The notes below the pieces were generated by a model. That model was not told where the DNA came from and did not search any database. It saw nothing but the letters and a program-made list of their open reading frames with translations. Source: Camelus ferus (lineage: Eukaryota). From it: a DNA stretch of 64,000 nucleotides. Numbering within the stretch: position 1 is the stretch's first letter; each line of letters starts with the position of its first letter. This document shows, piece after piece, positions 10,326 through 21,890 of the stretch. Location of the stretch: NCBI RefSeq assembly GCF_009834535.1, contig NC_045697.1:50222001-50286000 (forward strand), written 5' to 3'. A program made the position numbers and the translations under genes.

Positions 10326-12713
10326 TAACAGTCCCATTTTCAACTCTTCTTAAACAAAATCCCACTTATGCCCCAGACTCTACTTCTTTCCAGCAAAATC
10401 TCATGTGAGTTAACATATATAACACATAAAACACATAAAAGCTAGAGGAGGGAAGGTCCAGACTGCCCCTAAGTCCTATGCTTGGAACCCTCCAGATTCC
10501 TCCAAGTGCAACAGTAGAAACCACCGAGCTGCTCCAAGGCCTCGTTTACAGCTGTGGGACCTGGGTACCAGGGGCAATCGTGATTTCCTGAGACACCCAG
10601 TTCTCTTCTTAAGCATCTCTCTTAAGTCAGTGAAATTGGTTTTTCGCCAAGCAGGGTTAAAAAAAAAATTGTTACATGATTGAGATTTCTCTGATCCCAA
10701 GAAAAATGCTTAATCTGTCTTTTTTTTCCTTTTTTTTTTCTCACTTGGTTTGACTGTTTCTCTTCTCACCCCGACTTGATTCCTTTAGTAATTAGCTATG
10801 GAAGGAAATAACTCTCATGGTGAAAAGATCTAGAAGCTCAGATTCGAAACAAAATTCTAGCCAACATGGATATGTGTGATTCACAGTTGCTTTCAACCCA
10901 CAGAAACTTGTTTGCACAAATTAATAACAACTTTTAATAAACAGATTTTACCATCCATGGATAAAAATATTCCAGTCAGGCTTTAGTTGAAAAGAAAGAT
11001 ATGATAGGAACCTATCCCCATGGCAACAGTATTTTTTGGAGTAGTTTCCACAACAATGATCTGTGACAACTTTCTGAAGAAGTTTGGGTGGGTGGTTCTG
11101 TTTCACAACTACCCGAGTAAGTGAGAGGGAGAAAAAGAGAAGGGACACAGAGCCGAGTCTGTGGATTTTGAATTATCAGCTGGGTGAGCCTCACCTTAAT
11201 TATATTCAGGGTGAACCTAATGGTGCTTGTGATGATAAAACTGAAACTCTTCAGAAAGCTAAATGATATTTCTCCATATGTAAGCTGCCAAACCTTGTGG
11301 ATTAGTCTCTGCCTGAATAAGAGAACACATGCAACAGCTTGATAAGAATAATAAAGATTTATAGTTACTTAGAATTCATCTTGGGTCAAAATAAGTTTCC
11401 TTGGGCCATCCTACAAATCAAAGGGAGACTAAGAATTAAATTCATCTCAGCTAAAAAGACGTTGCTATATAAATGGCAGGTTATATCAGAAACTCTCTTC
11501 CACGGGCTGACTTGCTCAGAGTGTGCCTTAACAAGCCATAACATAAGGTGCCCTTTGCGACCCTAATGACTCTGGGAAGGAGTCATACAGAGTGAAGAGG
11601 GGAACTCCCTTTGTACCTCAGGCTCTTCATTAGCAAATCTTGGACCAGGACTTGGACTCAGGCAATGCAAAGAAGACCACTTTCATAATCAGTAAGTACC
11701 GAAGCAAAGAAACCAGAGTCCAGGCTCCCATTTTGAACATAAATACGTATTGAATGCAACTTAAGGTACCCCCTTTATTTCTATTGTTTTATGATTTTGA
11801 AGTGAAATATTGCTCACTGTCAAAAATTTCAAATTGTACAAAAAAGTATCAGACAGGGAAAAATCATCCATTATCACCAGCCAGAGATGATGTCAAACTG
11901 ATTTTGACATTTTAGGAGGATAAAGGTATCTTTAAAAGTCAGGCTAGCCCCTTGGTTTACAGATGAAGGCAGTGTTCAGGCAGGTGAGTCTGTGCGGAGC
12001 CTGCACAGCTAAGTACACCCAAGCTCACAGACTGCTCCTCCAGGACATTCTGCCCAACATCACTCTGCCTTTTGTGTTCAGTTATTTTATTTTATTTTCT
12101 AATTGTGTCAGGGAAATAATTAAATTTTCCAATCTTCAAGGTTTCTCAGAGAACAACAGCTTGCAGAAAGCAAACACACGTTCTGAATTGCAGACAAAGC
12201 CTGGACTGTTCTAATGGTAATTATGTAAATGCATCTCACAATTTGGACTTTATAAAAATAATAATTAAAAGTAAGGCTGGGCAAAAACATTATTCTTGTC
12301 AAAAGTACACTTATTTTTTCTCTAGCCATGTGCTTAATCTCCCTATTTTTGTATTTGAGAGGGACCACAAGAGATCTGTGGTTAAGCAGTAAATTAGACT
12401 TTAATCCCAATGATTTATCCTGGAAAATGTCACTGGAGCATTTTGGAGTAATTACGGAGTATCTCAGGACCCCACAAAGCCAGGAACATCTTCAGATGCT
12501 TACATTCTTAGGAACTCTTATTTTTGGAGGCTCCATTCTTCACCCTACAAATATGTGAAAATATACCAGCTTTGCATATGACATATCATTTTGGGCTATA
12601 AAATTCATGAAAGGACTTTTATAAAGTTGAAGGCTGTTAAGAATTTATAGTCTTATGATATACACCTTATTATAGTTTATATGAGAAAGAGGTGTGTGTG
12701 ACAAGTTGGCATA

Positions 12714-13820
12714 TGTATTAGTTTCCTGTAGCTGCCACCGCAAACTGGATGGTTACAGACAAGAGAAATGTATTATCTCACAGTTGCTAAGGCCAGAAGT
12801 TCAAAGTCTGTTTCATTGGGTTAAAATCAAGGTGTTGACAGAGTCATGCTCCCTTTTGTAGACTCTAGGTAAGAATCCGTTCCTTGCCTCTTCCAAGTTC
12901 TGCAGGCTGCCCGCACTCCTTGGCTTGCCACGTTACTCCAATCTTTGCTTCCATTTGCACTTTGCTTTCTTCTCTGGGTGTATAATCTCTTATCTATCTC
13001 TTATAAGGACACAAATGATGACATTTAGGGCCCACCCAGATAATCCAGGGTTATCTCATCATCTCAAAATCCTTAACTTAATTATATTGGCAAAGATCCT
13101 TTTTCTAAATAAGCTAACATTTGTAGACTTTAAGAGATTAGGACTTGATTTTTTTTAATTTACTTTTTTATTTTAATGTGATCAATTTATAATGTGTTAA
13201 TTTCTGGTGTACAGCTTAGTGATTCAGTTTATATATATTTTTCATATTCTTTTTCATTATAGGTTATTGTAAGGTATTGAATATAGTTCCATCTGCTATA
13301 CAGTAGAATTGTTTGTCTATTTTATATACAGTAGTTAGTATCGGCAAATCTCAAACTCCCAGTTTATCCCTCCACACCCTCTTTCCCCTCGATAACCATG
13401 TTTGTTTCCTATGTCTGTGAGTCTGTTTCTGTTTTGTAAATAAGTTCATTTGTGTCATTTTTTAAAATTCCACATATAATTGATATCATATGGTATTTTT
13501 CTTTCTCTTTCTAGTTTATTTCACTTAGTATGACAATATTCAGGTCCATCCATGTTGCTGCAAATGACTTATTTCATTCTTTTTTATGGCTGATGGTATT
13601 CCATTGTGTGTGTGTGTGTATATATATATACATACATACATATATATACCACATCTTCTTTATCCATTCATCTGTTGATGGACATTTGGGTTGTTTCCAT
13701 GTCTTGGCTGTTGTAAATAGCACCGCTGTGAACATTGGGGTGCATGTATCTTTTTGAATTAGAGTTTCCCCTGGATATATAGGACCTCATGTTTTGGAGG
13801 CCATCATTTAGCCCACTACA
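12714..13820 (-). mobile_element. MaLR MLT1C-type solo LTR, interrupted by an L1
   Basis: tgtattagtttcctgtagctgcc...tttagggcccacccagataatccaggg...ctcaaaatccttaacttaatt; resumes at 13781 and ends gcccactaca; TSD gcata/gtata. Confidence 0.9.
13150..13779 (-). mobile_element. 5'-truncated lineage-specific LINE-1 (cetartiodactyl-type 3' end)
   Basis: poly-T start, tctggtgtacagc...attgaatatagttcc...gctatacagtag, tccatccatgttgctgcaaatg; TSD-like taggacttgat/taggacctcat. Confidence 0.9.
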
Positions 13821-14199
13821 GTATAATGTTACATTTTGTAGCTCTTCATATAAACTTTTATCAATTTTGATTTAGTCAGATTTTTATTTCTGTGTGTTGG
13901 TACCAATATGTTTTTCCCAGTCTCAAGCCTTTTTGTGGGCCCTTCAGAGGCTTCTAGCTCTGGGCATCTTGCTTGTACTGGATAAAAAAACCCATGAGAG
14001 AGACTTATCTTTAAAAAGGCTGGTTGACAGAACCCTTCTCATTGCCTGGAGCAGGCATTCTTCTAAGAGGCATTTCGCTGGGAAGCATTGGAAAAGGAGG
14101 AGATGCCTTTTTACATGGTCTTTGGATGTTAGGTTTCTGCAACAGCAAATAAGAGAAATATAGAGGATGAAACACTTGATGTCATATGAACTCCAGGCA

Positions 14200-14460
14200 G
14201 AGAAGCAATATGTTTTAATCCCAAACTGTGAGCATTTGCCAACTGTCTGCATTTGCCAGCTCTCAGGGACTTGGCACCCTTTTAGACCCTTTTCAAGAAT
14301 TAATTCTAACATCTTTTCAAATAATCTTCACTTTATAGATGAGGAAGTTGTGTGCAGAGAGACTAAGTAATTTGCCCAAGTCACTCAACAAGAGGGTAGC
14401 AGAGTCAGAATTTGAACCCAGGTCTGTCTCACTGCAAAGTTCTGCTTTTCTGTGTACTGT
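14200..14460 (-). mobile_element. MIR SINE
   Basis: ttatagatgaggaagttg...taagtaatttgcccaagtcactcaac...gcagagtcagaatttgaacccaggtctgtct. Confidence 0.85.
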
Positions 14461-16227
14461 GCAATGGCATTTCAGAAACAAGGAAAAGAGTGCATAAAAC
14501 ATATGACAAAGAAGTAAGAGTGTAGCCTTAAGGCCAACAGGATTAGAACTAGAGAGACATGACCTCTGTTACTCCACATTAGTCTTCATTTCTATCCTGG
14601 GATGTTACCATCAGTTAATATCATTACTTGAACTGCTGTGTGTGTTTATTTGCTCGTTGGAAAACTGTATATAATTGATCCATAGTGGGGGTTCTAGTCC
14701 TTGCAACTAAACTTTTTTTGTGTGGTTTTCATTCTTCAAGTGTCTGGAATTTAAAAGAACTTCCTCAGATCATTGTTATTACCCAGCCTTGATGAATTCA
14801 ATTAATATTAAGTGTTGTTAGCTCTCCATCCAGAGTGGATGAACCAGGAAATTCATATCCCTTACAGAAGTAGTTTCCAAATGTTAATAATTTCTTTGTT
14901 TAATGATACTACTTCTGTGTGTACTGTTGTCTATAGTATCATTTATTCAAAATTCCTTTAATACTTGCATTTTTAATTTATATTTATTTTAAAAGGCATC
15001 TCTGTGGCATCACTGGAAAATCAGTTTCACCCACTAGAAGTGGAAGGTAAACAACAAATGAATGCAATGAAAAGACGATGGCATTTCTTACTGCTGGCTG
15101 GACAGTGTTAGCTGCCCAAGGAACAGGTAGGGGGTTGCCTGGCTATTGTCGGAAAGAGAAATTAGCAAGTGCGAGAGAGGTGGTAAAGGCACATTGGCAC
15201 TAAGTCCAGATTTCCTCCCTGACAAACTCTGAGATGGAATGAGACCTGAGAAGGGAGCAGCTTTCTCACCCGAAGATTCAGTGTGATTATGAGCCTGTGT
15301 CTAAGCCACCTGCATCTGAGCCGTCTCACTACCCACGGTGGCGCCCCTCCCTTCTTGTGGTCTAAGGTCGGAAATTGAGGTTTCCTGTCATGTGCTGCTT
15401 CGACATTTGAAAGTGGGAGGGATTGAATGGTCTGACCAAAAGCTACCTGGCCCCTCATTCTGTGGATAAAGTCCCCTGGCCAAACCACCCTCCAAGTCAC
15501 AGTGACGAGGCACAGGGCATGCTTATGCCTCACTGGCAGGCTTCAGTTCCCTGCCTGCCTCTGGGATTATGAAAGCGAGCCAATCACATCTTCCGCAGGA
15601 ATCTTGCCCTCTTGCTACGGCCTCCCACAAGCCCTGCTGGTTCACTCTGTTCCCAGGTGAACAGCTCCAGGTTTGCGTGCTGCGTTCTCCTCCCCCAGGC
15701 TGAGAATATGTGACTAGTAAGCTGCTGTGATCTCTTCTCTCCAGTGTCCTATGTCCTGCATCCAGCTATCTCCATAATCCTCGGAGGGGATCCTTCTCTC
15801 ACCGGCAGAGTGAAGAGGAGGTGAACACAGCACTCCTCACTTAGGGAAATACTGCCGTCCTGTAGAACCGTACCCAGATAGATTCTCTTCCTGTTTATAG
15901 GCGCCCACTCATTCCCAAAAGAATCACCAACCGTCACAGAACAGACGGAAATGCTGCAGATGTCTTTCAGGTAGTAAGCCCTTGAGATAACAGAAGCTAT
16001 CTTTTATCTTCTTAGGAGTCTTCATTTAATCTCATGAAGAGGGCAGTGGGCTTATTTGACACAAAATTGGTAGGTTCTTGTCTATAAGGTCTGATGTGGG
16101 GATTTTTTTTTTTTTACTCCAATTCTCCTTCCTCATGGTCCTGCCAAAGCACCTTCAACTTTTGTGATCACATCACTTAGCACTCAAAGCTCTTATTTTC
16201 CAAAGGTGAAAGATTAAATGCTGAAAG

Positions 16228-16460
16228 TTGTGCAACATGGTGGTTAAGGGCACAGGGTCTAGAAGCTCAGGAATCAGACTACCTGGATTCAAAGGTGGAC
16301 CACTTACTTGCTGTGAGTTTAGGTAAGTTGCTGAACCTCTCTGAGCCTCAGTTTCCTTACTAACAGTACCTTCCTCATGGGAATCTTATGGAGTTACATA
16401 TAAAGAACTTACAATAGTACCTGGTACATAGTAAATGTTTATAAATTAGCTATTGTTATT
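16228..16460 (+). mobile_element. MIR SINE, near full length
   Basis: ggtggttaagggcacagggtct...aacctctctgagcctcagtttcc...tacctggtacatagtaaatgtttataaattagctattgttatt. Confidence 0.9.
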
Positions 16461-16999
16461 AGAGAAGAAGCAACTCACTACCCCTTTAACACTTGAGCTC
16501 AAACTGACTTCAAAGCCATCCAGGCAATAGGATCCTGAGGACCAAGGATGCTGGACACACATATTTTGATGGGAAAGTGGACATAGGGTACCATCCAAAA
16601 CTGATGGGGCTTTGCAAGGGAGGCTCGTAGCAACATGAAGAGTGGGTACCTGGTGGTGGAAGAAAGAATACGAAACAGGCAGGAAATAGGAGTGAAAATA
16701 TACTTCACTGTTCTTATTTTAGGGGAAGGAGAGCTCACGATTCCATATCTGGGTGATCAGGAAATGCCATGGGTGTCAGTGTGAGAAGCTGGTAGGACAC
16801 AGAGCTCCCTTCCTTCCCCGAGGAACTGGTGTGCCCTCCCTTGCTTTGTAGTCCCTTCTGTCCATATCTTTTTCTACTAGTTTTTAAGCTTCTTGAGGGC
16901 AAGAACCAAGCTTTGTCTTTTTTTTATTCCCCACGGAGCATATTACAGTGGCACGAAGAACGCATGTGGTGGAATATATTTTGAATTAGCTGCTTAGGT

Positions 17000-17420
17000 G
17001 TTAGTCGGGACAAAAATTGAACTCCTGTCAAAAAGGAACTCAACAATACAGTGGTTCAGACAAAACAGAGGTTTATTTTCTCTCCCGTAACACCCCAGAA
17101 GTAGGTGGCTTTGCTCCATGATGTCATTCAAGGGGCTGGGATTCTTTATATCATGGCTTTACTACCCCTGAGGAATTTGTCTTCATCTGCGTGGTCAAAG
17201 CTGTTATGTCCAAAGACCATAATAAAGGGTAGTGGAGGCACGCAGGTTCCTTGGAGGAATAATCTGCACTCACACCCGACTTGCCAGCACGTGGCTACAG
17301 GACCCCACTTCGATGGGAGATGTTGCCTACAGATGGGCAGACTTTCACTCAGCCAGTACTAAGGAGCAAAAAGGAAGAAGCAGGGGATGATATTGGGAGA
17401 AAATTAGCAATCTTTGCACA
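17000..17420 (-). mobile_element. MaLR MLT1I/J-type LTR
   Basis: cagtggttcagacaaaacagaggtttattttctctc...ctccatgatgtcattcaagggg...gatattgggagaaaattagcaatctttgcaca. Confidence 0.7.
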
Positions 17421-18323
17421 TTTAGTTAATTTTGGAATATTTACCTGACACTGCTGTGTCCTTGAATGCTTCTTAAGAATGAAGATCAATGGGGAGGGAG
17501 AGGGTAAGAATCTTGGGGGTGATCTGTGTGCCCAGCTTTCTGAACCACGCTGTCTGTGACTGATGCCTCATTTTCCTAGGAAGCCACAAATCTTTGGGAG
17601 ATTTTTTTGGTCAGAGGCCAAATGGCCTTTGTCAACAATAGTTGGAGAACATTTTTTTTTCCTGTGGAAGAAAAATCTAAAGGGAAAAGGGAGCTAGAAT
17701 TACATGTAAAGCATGGTATGTTTTCTTAAAATTAAATGGGCATATTTTGGTCTCTGAAGCAGTTCTACCAAATATAGAAAGCATTTCAGAATTCTCTGAG
17801 AGCAGTCTAAGCTTGGAATGTTAATGTCGACTTGAGAAATCATTTACAGCACCAAGAGACAGACACATAAAATGCAAATGAGGCTTTCTAATTCAGGAGT
17901 TTTCCATTTTTGAGTCATGAAAACTTCTTTAATTAAGCAATTTTGAAGCATTAATCAAGCGATAAAAATGCTCTGGATGTGAACATTCAAAATAAACGGC
18001 AATAAAACCAATAGTTCACGGATTGTGGATAATCCACGACTGTTAGGATAGGCAGTTGGAGGTTTTAGAGTTGGAATAACTTCTCTTCTCTTTACTGTCT
18101 TGCTTCTTACATGAATCAGGGCAATTCAAGGGTAATGTAGTCTGCCTATATGTTGCCACAAGGGCTTCTTTTGCTCTTTTCTTAGCTCCTTAATCACACT
18201 TGGGGATAATTGCCCTAATGTAGTCTTTAAATGGGAGTGTAATGTTTGAATTAGGAAAACAGGGAAGAGCTGTTTTCAGGAGTAATATTCTCATAAAATA
18301 TGATATGAAATAAAAAATCCCGT

Positions 18324-18326
<3 letters not shown>

Positions 18327-18354
<28 letters not shown>
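18327..18354. repeat. (CA)n microsatellite
   Basis: pure AC repeat of about 14 units. Confidence 0.95.
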
Positions 18355-18357
<3 letters not shown>

Positions 18358-18510
18358 ACTAAACCAGCTGTAAAAATACCCCCAAGAAGCCTAGGGGGTG
18401 CTTTGGCCGAATCTCTTCTCTTTGAGTTAGAGGGTGGGGTGCATAGGGCACATGTGTTCATCCTGATATGATTTCTCCAGGCATGTTCCACAAGAACAGG
18501 TTTCGAGGGA

Positions 18511-18950
18511 CGTGATGGTTTATTTTACATGTCCACTTGAGTGGGTCATTGGGTGCCCAGATTAAACACTTTTTCTGGGTGTGTCTGTGAGAATGTTCCC
18601 AAACGAGATCAGCATTTGAACTGGTGGACTCAGTAGAACGCCCCCTCCCCCAGGAGATTCCCCTCCACCTCAACATGGGTGGACATCACCCAATTCATTG
18701 AGGGGCTGAATGAAACAAAAAGTGGAGGAAGGAGGAATTTACCCCCTTTTTTCCTGCCTCACTGTTGAGCTGGGACGTCATCTCAGACTGAGATTCACAT
18801 CACCGGCTTCGTTGATTCCCAGGCCTTCAGACTCAGACTGAATTATACCACTGTGTTTTGGAGTCTTCAGCTTGTAGGCAGCAGACTGAGGGACTTCTTT
18901 ACCTCCAGAGTTGAGTGAGCCGACGCCTCATGATTAACCACCTTTCTATA
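18511..18950 (+). mobile_element. ERVL MLT2B-type LTR
   Basis: gtgatggtttattttacatgtccacttga...gggtgcccagattaaac...ctgggtgtgtctgtgagaatgtt...gcttgtaggcagcagactgagggacttc. Confidence 0.85.
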
Positions 18951-19199
18951 CGGGAGAAGCCTGGCTTCACAGGCAGGTTGTGGTGTCTCACAACCCCTGA
19001 GGCCTGTCACGGGGATCACAGGGCACTGGCCCCGTGGTAGGCAGTGCTGTATTTCCACAGAGCAGTCTTGCCCCTCTGAGGGCTGTCTTTGGTGGGTGAC
19101 TATGGAGCAGAGTTTGTCCAGATCTTAGCAGGGATGCTTCACATTGCTGAAGTTTCCGCTCTTCTGGGAGAAGCCTCCTGTGACTGGATTTACCTAAAG

Positions 19200-19380
19200 A
19201 CACTGTACCTTACTCCCGGTTACTCTGTGACATCACCGTTTGATTGTCCTCTCTGTCTCCGCTTCCACCAGACTGTGAAATCTGTGACAGCAGGGACTGT
19301 ACCTGTGGGTCACGGCTACACCACCTGTGCCTGGAAGTTGGCAGGTGCACTATGACTGTCTGCTGAACGAATGGATGATC
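19200..19380 (+). mobile_element. LINE-2 3' end
   Basis: ccaccagactgtgaaatctgtgacagcagggactgt...tgctgaacgaatggatga. Confidence 0.7.
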
Positions 19381-19389
19381 CTGGGTTAT

Positions 19390-19570
19390 GATTTATACCT
19401 CATTAAATCTTCAAAATTGGAGGCGTAATTTTTGTAAACAGTAAATTTACTATGAAGGAGGTTCAGATAATGAAGCAGAGGGGCAGAGACCTGGGTTAAT
19501 GTTCCCCAGGTCCCATGGCTAGAACTGGCGGGGCTGGAATCACAGTCCACATCGTCTCTAATCTGTCTGC
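19390..19570 (-). mobile_element. MIR SINE
   Basis: cagataatgaagcagagggcagagacc...ccccaggtcccatggctagaactggcggggctggaatc. Confidence 0.6.
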
Positions 19571-21184
19571 AGCCTGTCCTTCTCAGTTCCTCCAAGTTGC
19601 CTGCTGATCTGATGAGAACCCTGTGATGTAAGGTATGTGAAATGTCTTGGAAAATACGAAGGAAATATTAAAAATATAAAGTCGTCTTCACTATTTTTTG
19701 AGTATTCAATATTTTTATTGGTGAAAATAGTTTATTTAAACTATTAAAATAGTTTAAATAAACTATTTTCAGCCTCCAAGTAGAATACAGATGCTGTCAA
19801 GGGCTCATTAGGAAGAACTATATTGAGAGAATGCCTTTCCACAGCAATGCAGTTTAGAGAGAGGAATAAAATAGTGAAGAGTGAAATTTAGTATATTTGT
19901 TTCCTTTACCATCATTTAAAAAGTTCAGATTTTATATTTTGAAATCCTCACAAACTTACAGAAAAATTGCAAGGAAAATACTGAACCTTTTGAGAAGACA
20001 TTTCCAAACTAATGTCCCATCATGCCCAAATATGTTAGTGGGTAGTTCTTAAAAATATCACCACAAGACCACTATCAAAATGAGGAACTTGATATTCATA
20101 TATTATTTCCATATAATTCTCTTATCCCATTCCAGTTTCTAATGTCCCTCAGAGAAAAATGATTTGATAATTGATATTTTTCTTTTTGCACTCACCAAAA
20201 AAGCCTAGAAAAGCAATCTTTGTCAAAATAAATTACAAATAATTGCTGTTTTTTTTTGTGGCAAAATATTTTTGACCTAATTGCAACTTTATACTTTGAA
20301 ATACATGTAAAGGAATAATATTCTGGTGATTTTAATTTTCTTTACTTTATTCTTTAATGCATGTTTATTATTTTGAAGGAGCTGGAAGAGCACACACTCA
20401 CTAGGAGCTTGTCCCGTTGGAACTCATGGGAGGGGTTCTTTAGTTATCCTTAAACCGTTGAGTTTCTATCTTCTCCTCAGAACCCTCCCCCAGTCTGATC
20501 TGGGCCCCTCCCCTTACTTCTTCATGTGCCCTCTTTCCCCACTTGTCATGTGCTCAGTCAGCAGGTTTTAAAGCCAACAGAGTATTTTCTTGAACTGTGA
20601 GGCAACCTGAGAAGGGTCATGTTATCCAGGTGGGCAATTTGCAGGAATGCAGATCTGTTACTTATTAGAGAGCAGGAGAGCTTAACACTCTTCCTTCCAT
20701 TCACTCCACACAAGTACACAGAAAGCAACCGGGAAAAAGTATTGTGTTTTTCTGATTGTAGAAATAATGTGTAGTAGTTGGAATTTATTGAGGGAGTTTG
20801 AAAAATGAAAACAAGATGATAGAGAGGTAAAATTATTCACTAGACGTAACTTTAAAGAACAGAAATATATAAACTATAAACTGTTTTTTTCACTTAGCAA
20901 TGTCATTAACTATTTCCTGTATTATTAATCTTTTATGCAACAAAATTTCCCAAACTTCATTCTAGTAAAACTTGGGCACTGAGCTAGATATTGAAATGGA
21001 GCCCTGTGGTTAAGCTTGATCAAAACTGTGCTCTACCTCCTTAGATAAAACAAGTTGTTTAATCAGGTTAAACTTGGTGTTTCCCAAACTGTTTGATCTT
21101 AGGGCTTTTTTTAAATTAAAAATCTATTAGCGCTTTGATAAATACTCTCCTTTCTACAACATGTGCTTCACTGCTGCAGAGCAT

Positions 21185-21890
21185 TTTATCACACGAATTA
21201 ATTCAAATCTAAATGGCAGAAAATTCAATCACAGTAGTTTCACCAGATGGAGGTCTGGTTTTCTCACATAAGACGATGCGAGGATCTGGGGCAACTGCTC
21301 AGTGACGTCAAAGTGGTTCCTTCTGTCTCTCTATTCCTCTATTCTTAAATTCCATCTTCTCTACTGTAGAACGGCTGCTGCACCTCCAGGGATCGTCCAC
21401 CTAGTCTAGGCAAGAAGAGAAAAGAGGGGGTCAGCAAAAAAGGAGGAAGGGCTAAAGAGAATGGCGGCCAAATTCATTCCTTAAAAGACAATCAAGAAAC
21501 AGCAAGGACCTATTGTAGAGCATAGGGAACTATATTCAATATCCTGTAACAACCTATAATAGAAAAAAATCTGAAAAAGTATATATGTGTGTGTGTGTGT
21601 GTGTGATTGTATATATATATATACATATATATGACTGAATCACTATGCTGTACATCAGAAACTAACACAACATTGTAAATCAACCATACTCCAATTAAAA
21701 AAAATACTTCCTAGAAGTCTCATGGGTAACTTCCATTTACGCCTCATTGGCCAGTTCTGGGTCACTCAATCACCTCAAGCTGCAAGCATGTCTGGGAAGG
21801 TGGGTATTTTGCTTTTCAGCCTTAGTAATAGAGGAGGTCCAGGGGAAGGGCACAGGGAATAGACTTAAGGTAGATAATCCAAAATATTTG
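21185..21890 (-). mobile_element. Old MaLR LTR (MLT1K/L-like), interrupted by an L1 3' end
   Basis: ggctgctgcacctccagggatc...ctcattggccagttctgggtcac...agctgcaagcatgtctgggaagg...ttttcagcct. Confidence 0.7.
21496..21704 (+). mobile_element. Short LINE-1 3' end
   Basis: cagcaaggacctattgtagagcatagggaactatattcaatatcc...tgactgaatcactatgctgtacatcagaaactaacacaacattgtaaatcaacc plus A-tail. Confidence 0.9.
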
